A DNA stretch of 64,000 nucleotides from the NCBI GenBank assembly GCA_040954595.2, contig CM082578.2, positions 3,516,831 through 3,580,830 of the forward strand. The letters run 5' to 3'. The position numbers and the translations under genes were made by a program. Within the stretch, counting starts at the first letter, position 1. Each line of letters opens with the position of its first letter. Source of the DNA: Balanoglossus misakiensis. Its lineage: Eukaryota > Animalia > Hemichordata. A model generated the notes under the pieces. It was not told the DNA's origin and made no database searches. It saw only the letters and a list, made by a program, of their open reading frames with translations. Positions 12,401 to 25,489 of the stretch are shown here, one piece after another.

Positions 12401-15400
12401 ACTGCCTGGGAATACCTGTTCTCGTACGCTAAGCGAAAGAACCATCTTCAGTTTTCCTCTCAGTCGATTATAATTTCTTTCCGTCCGAACACAGAATATA
12501 CTGACATTTTGTAAAGCTTCATAAAATGTACGTCAATCGAGGTCTGGCTCCACGAGAGCGAGGATGTTTACTGTACACGGCAGTTGTACTTTTATCTTCC
12601 GGGCCCAGCTTACAAGCAGCCCGGTGTTCTGTGCGCGATCTGCACTACCTGGGAATACCTTTTCTCGTACGCATATCGAAAGAACCATCTTCAGTTTTCC
12701 TTTTAGTCGATTATAATTTCTTTCCGTCCGAACACAGAATATACTGACATTTTGTAAAGCTTCATAAAATGTATGTCAATCGAGGTCTGCCTCCACGAGT
12801 GCGAGGATGATTACTGTACACGGCAGTTGTACTTCTATCTTCCGGGCCCAGATTACAAGCTGCCTGGTGTTCTGCCCGCGATCTACACTGCCTGGGAATA
12901 CCTTTTCTCGTACGCTAAGCGAAAGAACTATCTTCGTTGTAGGGAGTTATTTTTCATACCAAACAGTGTAAGAATCCCCAAGTAAGGTTCTAACCAGGGA
13001 CCGTTCAGTTTTTACGGCTGGGGGCGGCAAAATCCAGGGGAGGTCACTTAAAGTTTGAAGTCCAAAAGGGGGTCATCTTTTTTTAAATCGTTTAGGGGGA
13101 GTCCTCAAAATTGCAGTTTCGCGCCCTTTATTTTACAAACACATTAGAAGATTCTAGGTTTGTCACTTCATTACACCCCATTGCTGACGTTTTCCGATCT
13201 CGAACTTGTGACACAGACTTTGGTCGCCGCCATCTTCTCTGTTGTTAGGACAGAGCACTGCCTTATTGGATTGACTGTTCACTAAACGTCTGTGACCGAG
13301 GCTACGGCTGGAACATGGCATTCGTGTGAGACGAGCTACGCGCTTTAACGCGGGGAACTTCGTGACGAAGTCGAGCGCTGCATTATGAATTCTACTGCCA
13401 CAACGAAGTACGTCATCTTCGTCTACGAACAAGTTCAGTTGTCGGACGATAGGGGCACGTTTACTCAAGTTCAACTAAACAGATTGGACAGTGTCCCTAT
13501 AATACTGGTATTGTACAGCTTTAACTTGCTCCACTATCAAATTTGACACAAGCACAGTCTACATTTCCATCAGATGACAACCAGCTGTATCTTTCATTTT
13601 CTCATCGTGACTCTCCCTCAGCCCTGTCTTCGATTGAAACCTGCATTCTCGATATCATGGAATGGATGACCCATAATAAACTCCAGCTCAATGACAGTAA
13701 AACCGAAGTGCTTCTGATTCACTCCAAGTTTAACAGCTCACCTGATCCTGTTAACAGTGTCAACATTGGTTCCACTTCTGTCACACCAGTTTAATCTGCT
13801 CGCAATATTGACATGATCTTCGTACACCTGCAAATCGATCGACAGTCACCTTCGCCGAATTGGATCTATACGACGTTACATCACCAACGAGACTTGTCGG
13901 AATTTTAGCCAAACTTGACTACTGTAACTCACTCCTGCATGGTCTCCCGGAAAACACAATCGCCTTATTACACAAATAGCTCTGAACACTACAGCCAGAA
14001 TAGTCATACAAACCTGGAGACTTTCAAAAGAAAACTGAAAACTCATATGTTCAAAAAAGCATACAGTGTGGTTTAACCATGAGCGTCATTGGCAAAATTT
14101 CTTGTTTTGGATTTTGGCGCTTTATAAACCTTTGTTTGTTTGTTTGTTTGTTGGTTGGTTGCGATTCTGTTCATTCTTCCGTGCCTTATATAGGTAGGTT
14201 TCCGCAACCGCGCGATGAATTGGAGAACGTAAGTTGTCACTCGCAACAACTTATCCAAAGCGTTGAATCGGGAAATATCGACCACATTAAAATTTCCGAA
14301 ATCATTGCAATCAATTAGTGGCAGTAACTTCCGCTTCAAGAAGTAGTGGTGTCCCTGAGTGGATGCGGAATCTCGGAGTTTGCGCCGGGTACATGTCAAG
14401 TCCGCTTTGTTCAAGATAGTGTACCATGTCGGTTTCGTTTGGTACGGTTCCGGAATGTAGTGCGCGTGTATCGACCACAGAACTGGGCCATTCATTTGTC
14501 GATTTCAATCTGGTAGAAATCACGTGCAGTATGCGCGCGTTCGGATCAGCTGACTTACAGGGAATACGTGCGGGCCCAGAAAGCAAATAACCAAACTTAG
14601 ACGATACCGTGGTTGGGCCGTTCGCGCCCGAAATAACATGCGAGCCAACAAAATTCCAATACTGGTCGGCACCATTAGTACACAGGCCACGATTCATTAC
14701 TGAAGACTGGATGAGCGAACGGCAAACCCTTCAAGTGACTAAAATTGTTAATTTCGTGGGTGATGATGTTGGTCAAGTCCGATGATATTTCAGGGGTGAT
14801 CATTATGTCAATTGTTGGAGTATTCCCGTTTAATTCAAGCTCCGTTAATTCGGTAAACGGCACGGTGCGAACATTTGAGGATTTGTCACCGAAAGTAGAC
14901 AACTTGATGTGTTCATAATGCGTAATTTTTGCAGACATCATGGGAGCAAATTTCTCAGTCACGAATGTTTTGTTTGCTCCCACATCAAACAATATGACAG
15001 CACGAACGGGGGAATTCTTTCCCGCGGACAACGGAACGAACGCGGTCTTGAGTAACACCGGTCCTGGGTTTCGCGGCTTATCGTCCGGAGATGTAGAGAT
15101 TTTGGTAAAAGCTACGGTGCGTTTGTTGTGTCTGGGCAGATGACGCGGTCGGTTGACCCCTTGGTCGGAGTCGTTGCGGTGGCAGCTGTATTATGTTGTA
15201 GCGTGGAGTGGTGGAGTTTCTTACAGATTCTGCGGGAGTATTTGGATTTACATTCTTCAACTCTGTGTTTACCCAAGCAATTAAAGCAAGGTCCGCCTTT
15301 CTTGACAATATCTAGTCTCTGATGTGTATCTGTAATCACGGTGCAGTTCGATGCGAAATGTGACCCCTGGCAAAATGGAGAGGTCTTAGGCGTGGATCTC

Positions 15401-18400
15401 GGTTTTTGTTTAATCCTATGGTGGACGATACCGACACTCCTCTGCTAACTATACCTGCTTTGCTGCCGACCTGCTCTCTGCTGAGTTAATCTGCTCTGCT
15501 AACATAATCTGCTCTGCTAACTATATCTGCTCTGCTAACTATATCTAAGTCATTATGCTCTACTGTCGACACGCTCTGCTATGCTAAGTCTGCTCTACTG
15601 AGTTAACCAGAAGTACTGGAGTACATTTTTACGAACAAACATACGCTCGTCTCACAGACTTGCTGAAGTTGTTATATACTCGGACACTGATTTGGACGGC
15701 CGGAGAACGGAGAAAGCGGTAAGTGATAATAGAAAACACATGTGAATATCTTATCCATAAAATGTACTCCAGTACTTCCGGTTAACTCAGTAGAGCAGAC
15801 TTAGCATAGCAGAGCAGGTCGACAGTAGAGCAGATATAGTTAGCAGAGCAGATTATGTTAGCAGAGCAGATTAACTCAGCAGAGCAGACTTAGCATAGCA
15901 GAGCAGGTCGACAGTAGAGCAGATATAGTATGCAGAGCAGATTATGTTAGCAGAGCAGATTAACTCAGCAGAGCAGACTTAGCATAGCAGAGCAGGTCGA
16001 CAGTAGAGCAGATATAGTTAGCAGAGCAGATTATGTTAGCAGAGCAGATTAACTCAGCAGAGCAGACTTAGCATAGCAGAGCAGGTCGACAGTAGAGCAG
16101 ATATAGTATGCACAGCAGATTATGTTAGCAGAGCAGATTAACTCAGCAGAGCAGACTTAGCATAGCAGAGCAGGTCGACAGTAGAGCAGATATAGTATGC
16201 AGAGCAGATTATGTTAGCAGAGCAGATTAACTCAGCAGAGCAGACTTAGCATAGCAGAGCAGGTCGACAGCAGAGCAGATTAACTCAGCAGAGCAGACTT
16301 AGCATAGCAGAGCAGGTCGACAGTAAAGCAGGTATAGTTAGCAGAGCAGATTAAGTTAGCAGAGGAGTGTCGGTATCGTCCACTGTATGATTTTGGGTGA
16401 AACGCGGCTAGGAATTCAGCGGCCGGGTGTACTGAAGTGTCGGCTATTGACTGAATGTTTTCCGGTTTGAAGGACGTGTATCTCGTGAAGAATGGCTTTC
16501 CTCAGAGCCGCGCCGTAGTGTCCATGGAGAATTGCCGTGGTCTCTCGCGATATGTTCTCGTATGTTGGGCGGCAATTTCTCTCGTATCATAGGCACTAAA
16601 AGTTCGCCATAAGTGTTTCCTCCTTGCCCAGCGACTGGAGGCCCCGTACGTGATTTTAGATACAGTTGTAATGTTACGATCTGTATAAAGGTCAAATACG
16701 ATTTCAAGGGTTAATTACCAGAGCTCGGAAATGTCAATGTTTGATAGTATTTGATTTTATGTATTTGAAGTAGATAGGGAGAGCGGGTGTTTACCTGACT
16801 GCTCTGATTGTCAATCATCACCGAACTGACTTTGTTATATAACACTTTATGTAAATTGGTACGTATAGAGTTGACTGATGCCCAATGAAATTGTAACACA
16901 TTGTATTTGTGATATTTTACATTATTAACCACGCCTTGAGAAAAGTAATTATAAGAGAACTTTGTTTCCAAAGTTGGAGAAATAATCTAACGGGAGATGG
17001 GAGTACCTCAGGCTACTGAGCTCGTTCCCTTCCTCATGTACTTTACTGGGCGTATTTGATGTACTGGAGTAGTTCTGGACAATAAATGAACGTGAATCAG
17101 ATACGTGTCTCCGTGGATCACTGTTCTCGTCAGAGCCCGATACCTCATCGCTACAGATTCCCCAATGCATGAACAATCATGAGAAACCAGCCGTAGTAGT
17201 AAAAATCGTTCAAACTTTGTGCATCTCCGTTTGGTTTCTGTAGATTCCATAACGCGGTCATGTGAGCGTCAACTATGGTATGGTTTTGTCCGTACCTTTC
17301 TTTGAGCATTTCAGTCGCGTGTGAGTAGTTAGACTCGGTGAGCGACAGTCCGTCAACGGCTCTCGCTGCTTCGTCTTTCAGCACACTTCTCAGATAGGTA
17401 AACATCTGAATGTTATCTAAATGGATGTCCGAATCGATCGAGGACTTGAAAACTTCGAAGAAAGATGGCCACAATATCACATTTCCAGAGACAGTTTGTC
17501 GCTGGAGTTTCGGCAATGTTACATTATTTCGCTGGGCGGGAGCGTTTGGGTTGACGACGACTGGATTGGCTGTGTTTTGCATAGGAGCAGATGTTTCTAG
17601 TTTCATTCGATTTCTCCTCATAAATGCTGTGATGCGATGGATTCGATCAAAAATTGATGCTTGGTAATCACCAGAAGTTTCGTTTTCTTCATCAAATTGA
17701 GCATCGTCTGTCAACTCTAGTATTTTGATTTCAAGATCGGAGAGAAGTCGATACTTGCTTGAAAGTTGATTGCCAGGCCCCTCTAGTGTGTCGAGTGTAT
17801 CTGCTTTGTCGATACTTTCGTCTTCAAAATTGTTCAGGGAAGTTTCAGCTCGGTTGAGTAGTCGAGTCAATTGTCCACGTTTACCACGATGTGATCTCCT
17901 GAGCTTCAACATGATTGATCCTCAGTGTGTCCCTCTGCCATGGCGTTTGATTCCTCTTCCGTTGTGTTGGCTTCGAGTGTATCCTGGTCTCGGCGCCAAA
18001 AAATGTGGGGGATTTATTAGGTAGGCTGTGGACTCCCTCGCGTATGGTTCTTTTAAAATCCACTGGAACAGACAACAAATTGGTGTCGTATAAACCAAAA
18101 GATTCGGTTTATTGTGTCGACACGTTCAACAGAGAACAGAACGACACGTGCAAGGACGCTTACAAGTCTTGTCAGCTACAAGCCTATTCGAAAAACTAAC
18201 GGCTCCTTCTACCCCCACCCCCAAAAGTTGCAATTTGTGTATGCAAATATAGTTTGAGCGGGAAAAACACTCAGCAGTGATTGGGTGAAAGTGATAATGG
18301 CCAGAACAACATACCTCCTCAGAATCAAAACTAGAACATGAAACTCATTTCTCTAAAATGTGTGTATTTTTGCGTTTTCTTATCCCAAAGGTTACACTAT

Positions 18401-21400
18401 GCTGCTAAAAATCACTACCTTTGCACTTCTGGTATTTTGTCAAGTTTGAGTTTTATGTTTTGGTAACTAACTTTACCTGCTATATCGTCTGAATTACGAA
18501 GCGCAATTTGAGCATGATACTTTACAGCTAACGCTCATTGCAATATCATTCCAACATGTGCCTTACAGCATAATACACATAGGATGTAGGACATTTATCG
18601 GACCCATGCCCATACAAAATTCGACTTTTAATATTCAACGATTTTTAGAAAATAAAGGCAGGGTATGGCTGCGCGGTTAACTATTTTTTCGATAATGCAA
18701 ACTTTGCAGGTTGGTCATGAGGCCATTCTGTAGCGATCATTATACACCGTATGATGATCACTAAAGACACTGTACAGTAATCATTGTAGACATCGTAAAC
18801 TTCAATAAGCATTGATCAGCGAATCTTTATACAGGTATCGCTCAGGTAAATGTGAATGGTTCACTGAAGACTGTAGTAAACCACTGTTTTTAATTTGCGA
18901 GGATAACGGTAAGTATATTCAGACAGTCCTTTCCAACACAATTGACCACCTGTGTAATTATGTGGTGTGTATACATTCAACATATTCCATTATACATGGA
19001 ACGTAAATAAAATGCATACGCATGGTAAATACATTTATCCGCGTGGAAGGGAGTCACATTGGAAATATCAAAATGAATCACGGACCATTATTTGTTGCTT
19101 TTGGTAAATGGATAATTCAAACATCTTTGACCCAATTTATGGAAATTCGGTATATTGTCATGCAAACTTACATTTCCCTGGGGAGATTATGTTTCAATAC
19201 ATTTGTTGTATTTCATAGAAATTTGGCATTGAATGGCAAACATGTCTCTTGAGAGAACGTGTAATATATTCCTGTGCTACTTTAAGTCATGAGTGCATTC
19301 GCACTTTTAGAAATTCAATTTATATGCATTTTACATTTGCAACATTCAGATGATGACTTACTTCTGCTGCGGGAGAGATTGGTCAAGATAAGTGCCGATG
19401 AATTCAGAACAGCAGATGGGGTAAGAAAGGTGTCAAACATTTGAGACTGATGTAGTACACTGTATTGTATAAAGCCACGGGTTAGTGAAATGCACTTAAA
19501 CGTACTATTTTGTTGACATCTAAAGCTACATACTAAATGATTCCATATAAAGCCACGTACTAAATTATTGTCTTCTCTTTTTCCAGGGTATTAGTGTAAT
19601 TGACAAGTTGGACACTTTAACCTCTGACCTTTCGAAGGAAAGTGTTATATTTGAAGGAACAATTCTGTTTGCAAAAGGTATTGTTATATGTGTTGTTTTA
19701 ACCAAGATGATTATTTGACATCGGTTTCCATCACAACACCGTCCGCATTCAATATCATCCAATGATGTAAATAGGATACTCGTATCAGACGCAGAAAAAA
19801 TAGCACCTTGCAATTATTGAGCGCATCGAAAATGCGTTCATTGGTTTCCACAAATCATGCAAATTATCGGTGACCGTCAGATATCTTACATGTAGCTAAG
19901 AGAAACTTTTAGAATTGGACGGGTCCAACTGTTGAATGATACGCTGAATTCGAAGTGGGAAGATAGGTCTCCATTATCTCTTCAAAATTTTCCCCTCATC
20001 ATTTTCCCCCAATGGTTACAAGAAATGAAACTCACTTCAGATTTTTCGGGCATTGGTGTAAAGCCGAGACTGACAGTCAGACAGAGTAAAATACTTTTTA
20101 ATGCCAATGATTACACATTTCAGAAACACTGAATGTCATGCAAAAAGTGATTGACAGAATGCAGAACCTAATTGACACCAATCCGAGCGAGAAGCTGAAT
20201 CCTGGGCAGGCAAACCACCTGACAAAGATAACAACGAAAGTATTCGACCAGTTATCAATGTTAATACTGAACAAGGCGAATTATGGGCACGGACCAATCA
20301 TCGTGAACACTTCTTCTCTTGTGCTGCATCTGGAAAAAAACTTTGTGCAGGACTTGTGCGACACCAATGTAATGATTGGAGATGGAAGTGGATTCAATAT
20401 TCCACCAGTAGAAAGTATGTTTCCACAATTGCCGCGGGACTCAGTCTTGAACAGGAGGGTTTGTATACAAGTCGATAATCAGAAGACAATCTCACTTTCG
20501 TTTTCTATCGTACATTGCTCTATTCTTTTATATTGATATTTGTCTAACTGTTGATCTTTAGGCCAGTCAAGTCATTATGGGAATGAATTATACGCTGATA
20601 TTTGCGTCGAGTTAGTGCATCTGTTGTCATATTTTACAAAATAAGTCCATAAACATTTTTAATTATGATCTTTGGTTTAATGTACGATTGCGTTGTTGTC
20701 ACAATGCATTCAGATGCTCGAGGAATATTTTTTTGTAGATTTTCCGTTTTGGTGGGAACCTCCACGGATTGGCAAATAAGACACATGGCTTCACTACCGA
20801 TATACTGTCCCTGGAATTCAGAGATGAAGATGGTAATGAGATAAAAGGTTGGTTTTCATTAACGCCATCAGTGGCGTCCTAACATTCGCATTGAACTCTC
20901 AAAAATACTTAGAAATCTTTGGAAATGACGTGCATTTCGGTTATAGATTGGGCTTGGGCATCAGCAGTGTCATAATGAAATACTTAATATTGTGGATATA
21001 ATCAGTTACGGAGAAATACATCATTTTACTAGTTAATGTGGCACCATTAAAACTAGATTGAAATGGCTCATATCTTTTTTAACAACTGTACACAGAAAGC
21101 CAGCGATGTATTAGTATAACAATGCTCGCTCATATTTTCATCGTGCGGGCGGAACTCGAGTAATGGCCAAATTGTGAGTTTAGTGTTGACATCAGTTTGA
21201 ATTATCACAGAATATTTTCATTTTCAGTGAAAAATGCATCAGAGGATCTCGGCGTATGGCTTGGTAATTTTCAGACACCTATAAATGAAAGCACCGTCTC
21301 CGGATTGTACGTGGACAGTGAAGCAGTCACCCACTATGCATTGGCAGTAACGGTAAACCTCAAACACTATATACAACTATGCGACTTTTGCATGTTAGCA

Positions 21401-22933
21401 ACTCTACTCTTTGAAAGTACCATCAAACAACCCATCTTGGAGTGATGCTCAGCCCCCGGGGGGGGGGGGGTAAAGCCCTATGTAAAAGCGCACAAATCAT
21501 AACCATGGGGATTTATTTCTTAGCATGCAGCATGAACCATGCAATCACCATCCTCTCTGTCATCATGATCCCAGATGTGATGCCCAATGACACAACACGT
21601 GAATGTAACTCGCAAAACCAAACACAGCCAAGGTTTACCTCAAAAAGTTCATTTGTGCCAATTGTTGAGTTCATTTTGTATTGATCTCTTATCGTTGTAG
21701 GCACTATCAAGGTTCTTTGCAATGCAAATCACCATGGAAACATCAGCGCCTGTCTTCGAGACTACTACAGCATACGTGTCACTGGAAAGACCTGACGCTG
21801 TCGGTGGCAACGTTGGTTTCCATTATGTAACTGACTTGGTATTTGCAGGGTATACATCATCCATATTTCTACCTGAAGCAAATATCACCAGGACGGGCTT
21901 GTATTACATAGTCTTTGACCTTACCAGTGGTAAGATTGTGGAATATTTTCATGATTAATGCAACTATTGTACAATGATCCTTGATTAAAATATATATAGT
22001 TTTTCTTACCTTTTTGGCTGTTCATGTTACTGTTAATTTCAAAAATCAACATGCATATGTAGAAAGTTATGCTACAATCTTGCGGTTGTAATATAGAGCT
22101 GCCATTTTTTTTTTAATTTTACTATTCAACTTAGACCGGTCCATCTAAATATGCTTACCAATTTATACATTTACATCTTGTTGATGCCAGATTATGACTG
22201 TATGTTGCAATTTGAACAAGCGATAACGGCCGCTGAACCCGTTCAATCGTCCTGCATACACAAGTGTACACAAAACACATGGTATGCGTCCTGTATTTCT
22301 TTTGCCATTAGCAATATCAGTAAAAAAATGTTTATGAATTTCATTGTCTGGGTGCACACTACCAGTTGATTTTATATGGAATCGGTTAATGTAACTGTTC
22401 TGTATTTCTTTTTCTCTGCAGCCCATGGGATTGACATCAAGGTTCTCACTACTCAACACAGATGTAGCTACTTTGATGAGAATAATTGGCAGAATGATGG
22501 TTGTAAGGTATGCAACTTGATTAATATCTTCTAAATTTTGCAAACAAATTGAAATGCTCCATGTACTTCCAAGTGATGAAACTAAAGACAAGTGGCAATC
22601 AGTGTGATTTTAGGGGATACTAATCATAAATATGCAGCAGAACTAAAACTGCAGAAGGTGATGCACCTTACGAGTATTGTCTACAAGTTGAAAATACCGT
22701 AAACATTAAACATGTACTAATTCACGTGAGGACTCTTTTTCTATTTAAAGTAACGCTGGGACGTGAACCAGGTGTTTGATCTTGTTTTAATTGCAAAGAA
22801 ACACCCACTGATGTGTCAATACGTATTTTCTCTGCTTGATATCGTGCAGGTGTCACCAAGATCCAACTTCAATTCTACCCTGTGTCTGTGTAATCACCTG
22901 ACTGTTTTCAGTGCAATGGTCGGAGTTGTTTAA
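5196..22933 (+). CDS. Multi-exon host gene: signal peptide + C-type lectin domain + polycystin-like GAIN/GPS domain (~527-531 aa), no TM domain seen
   Basis: Phase-consistent GT-AG exons: 5196-5307; 5421-5688 or 7662-7941; 18835-18908; 19350-19420; 19587-19677; 20124-20458; 20739-20847; 21228-21352; 21701-21929; 22422-22507; 22850-22933. GPS reads CSYFDENNWQNDGC...CLCNHLTVF. Confidence 0.8.
6366..6560 (+). mobile_element. Short interspersed element with AGCTC...GAGCT head and (GTCT)n/(GT)n microsatellite (Helentron/HINE-like)
   Basis: TTTTAGCTCGCGTGTGACAGGTGAGCT followed by a microsatellite. Confidence 0.5.
8460..9690 (-). pseudogene. BEL/Pao integrase, frameshifted
   Basis: PFSVTDLDFTG, KAYICLFTCAVTR, AVHLELV, LNYRPLT, LTPNHLL and FWRRW spread over several frames. 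Confidence 0.88.
11236..12934 (+). repeat. Tandem satellite, 243-bp unit x ~7
   Basis: The (G)CGAAAGAAC motif recurs at 11461, 11704, 11947, 12190, 12433, ~12676 and 12919. Confidence 0.95.
13543..14070 (+). mobile_element. Decayed CR1/L2-clade LINE 3' fragment
   Basis: DDNQLYLSF...WMTHNKLQLNDSKTE, LDYCNSLL and FKRKLKTHMF remnants. Confidence 0.8.
15419..16385. mobile_element. Foldback-type non-autonomous DNA transposon (TA TSD) with expanded subterminal 89-bp repeats
   Basis: TIR GTGGACGATACCGACACTCCTCTGCTAACT at both ends, TA flanks (15417-18, 16386-87), inverted arms around a ~130-bp spacer; right arm has ~6 copies of an 89-bp unit. Confidence 0.85.
17151..17912 (-). pseudogene. BEL/Pao gag fragment (DUF1759-like)
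   Basis: LPKL...W.SFFEVFKSSID...MFTYLRSVL..EAARAVDGL...Y..A.EMLKERYG. Confidence 0.85.
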
Positions 22934-24219
22934 TCTGATGGACGATTCCACGTTTAGCACAGGGGCGTCCGTTTGGTCTACAGAAGTGACTAATCAGCTG
23001 ATGCGACGAGTTCCAAACAAATGATGTACCATTCAACATGATTTCGTTTTTTCTTCTCAGATTTATTTTAGACTTTATGAAGCAAAAGATGTTCATATAA
23101 GCGTTTTGGAAATCGATTTTTCTTGATAATGCATTAAATGTAAAAATCATAGATTAGTTAGAGGTGCCCATAACTTTTCCGAAAGACAAGCGTTCCGTTG
23201 AGAATTTGATATGTCTTTAATAAGAATGCATTTTGTAAATTGGTTGCATGCGTCTATGATTGAGTTTGTTCATAAAAGACATGTACGATGTAATTTATTA
23301 ATTTCTTTGTAATCTGTCGGGATATGATATCTATCCATGTATACATGTATACATTGATCAATATTTCTGTTTTGTAAAAAACAGTACTGTCACTTGCCAT
23401 TTTAATAATCCGTAATTGTACTAGTCATTAATTGGTGGACTTATAGTATTCTGAAACTTTAAAACAAATTGTATGTGTTTGTCTTGGATTGCTCTGGATT
23501 ATTCTGGTTGACATTAAAGCGTACGCTTACTGTTCACTATGTTTGTGTTGCGCTTTATTTTCCACGAATCAAATTATATTTAATTGATGAAGCCCTCTTC
23601 CGCCATTTCCATCCCTTTTGGGGGCACAAAACAACCGTGCAAGTTGTGCATAGTTTTTTCCCTGAATAACTGAAATCAAACGTAAGAAATATGCAAAATC
23701 AACTGAACTGAACTTTTCCTTTGAGAAGAAATAAACCACAGAAATCACAGTAATCATGACCATCACTAAAAACTACTTATACCATTGTTTGTAAATGTAT
23801 CCTAATATTGACCACGAAAAGTGTTAACGAACAATAACAGGTAAATAAAACGATTCATGTTCTCTCTGTATCTTGGTTAGAATTCTGAACCAAATCATCT
23901 CTTCAGTATGTGATGAGAAATTCCTGATGTGTGTAAGCTTTGATATAAAGTCTACTGAATCACGTGTTTCATTTACAAATACCATTCAGAACAGTGTACC
24001 TTATTCATTGGTGCATAAGGCCAAGGAATTACACTATCCAAGTGTTCTAGTGGATGAGGTCAAGGTGGGAAATGGAACCTTTTTCATACAATTTAGCATT
24101 TTCCAAAAGTGGCGGCCATATTCCTTAGCGGCAAAGCTTCGTTATTTATCTGGTTAAAACGTTTCTGGGTAGATTTTGCAGATACTTTCTGACCATATGT
24201 GCTGTGTTGAATTCATAAG

Positions 24220-24403
24220 TGTTGTGATTGCCGATGTCTCACCTTAGTGGGTAAAGGATACTAATCAAAGGTTTCTAAGGGTCTCTTGGAGGTCAGTAAA
24301 AGGCGTGCTGCTTGGTCTCTGCTCTAAGGTGGAAGAGGTAGAATAAACTATTTCCGCCCAAGGGGTGGGTAGGGTCAGTGACGTCATGGGCAGATCCACA
24401 ACA
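24220..24403 (-). repeat. 3' LTR of the Gypsy element
   Basis: 184 bp; preceded on the minus strand by the purine tract ATGGTGGGGATGAG (24404-24417). Confidence 0.95.
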
Positions 24404-24739
24404 CTCATCCCCACCATATTTTGAAGGGCTTCGTCTTCTTCCCCCAAAACACCGGGGGATAACACAACATAGAACACAGCGATAACAAAATAGAAAAATA
24501 GAATGTCCAGCTGGGCTTTACTGGGTATGCCCCACTGGTCGGCCTGTTTGTTTCATTTCCCCTTTTTGACAAAAATTTCCTCCAGCTGGGCTTTACAGGA
24601 TATGCCCCACTAGTCGTTTGCTGAATACAAATTCCCTCTGGATCCAAATTCCCCAGTTACTTCCCGTCCTTCCCATATACATGTATTTGGCCTTTCGGGC
24701 AAAACCCCTGGTACCCCCATCCCCAAAAATAGGCTCCCA

Positions 24740-25120
24740 AAATCCCCACCAACATCAGGGCCAGGGCATGGACATCACTGGCGGGTGGATCCTTCCTCGC
24801 GCCTCTGATGTGGAGTATTACTGGCTTATCTTCTGGTGCCTCTTCCAACAGCTGTCGGAGGGCTTCCTCCTGTTGGCCCCATTCGTGGACGGGCACGGTT
24901 CTGTCAAGGCCTATCTCGCCCATGGCCGCTACCAGGGGATGAGTTACCAGTCCACGAATCTGCTGCATCAGCTCCCTTGTCAGTTTCTTTACCTTTTTGG
25001 GGTGAAGCCCGACCGCCACTTTCCACCCCAGGCTCCCTAAGCAGGAAGTGGTGACACCTTCGCTTCGGTGAGCCTGGGCTCTCATGTGGTCCGGGTGGAA
25101 GTGGGCGTCTATAGCCTGGG
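24740..25120 (-). pseudogene. TatD-like DNase domain (truncated) within the LTR element
   Basis: Motifs IDAHFH, AVGLHP, AMGEIGLD, Q..Q...L and PVILHIRG in order; C-terminal barrel strands are missing. Confidence 0.85.
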
Positions 25121-25489
25121 ATAGCCCCCTGGCTGGTGAGGCCGCACTTGGTCGTCTCATTTCTGGGCTTCCGGCGCTTGCTTGGGACTGTGGTCGTGGT
25201 GCCGCTGGGGCTTCCACTGCTGATTTCTTTCCAGATGGGGGCCCTTCCACTGTCCCCGAGAGGTCAGGTGGCCTCTCTGGGCTTGCTTTCTCAGGTGGCC
25301 TCCCCTGCTCATCCTCTGGCGGCCTTTCCTCTACCCTCTCCACCGATGCTGACTCCACTCGAGGGCGGGATCCCGCGGATTTCCAGCGCCTGCTCGAACG
25401 GCTTCTCCTCCTCCTCCTGCGCCTGATGGTGGCTGTCGAGGACGCAGTGCGAGTTGGGTTTGGTAGATGTCCCGCTGGCCTTAGGATCA

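Larger units (their letters stand above)
8108..18290 (-). mobile_element. Degenerate BEL/Pao LTR retrotransposon in an intron, with nested insertions
   Basis: Diverged LTRs ~8108-8401 and ~18004-18290; tRNA-His-like PBS 17981-17998. Gag 17151-17912, zinc knuckles ~15250-15380, protease 14675-15058, integrase fragments 8460-9690 (FWRRWSPEYL, AVHLELV). Confidence 0.9.

Noticed and set aside
11236-12934. Regular repeats as a CRISPR array or coding repeat
   Set aside because: Whole units are repeated with no unique spacers, there are no cas genes, the context is eukaryotic, and no frame stays open across units.
15780-16385. Short repeats with variable intervening bases as CRISPR-like
   Set aside because: The intervening bases recur with an 89-bp period; this is a transposon subterminal array.
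8100-18320. TSD for the BEL element
   Set aside because: LTR ends are too diverged and no convincing duplication was found; boundaries are approximate.
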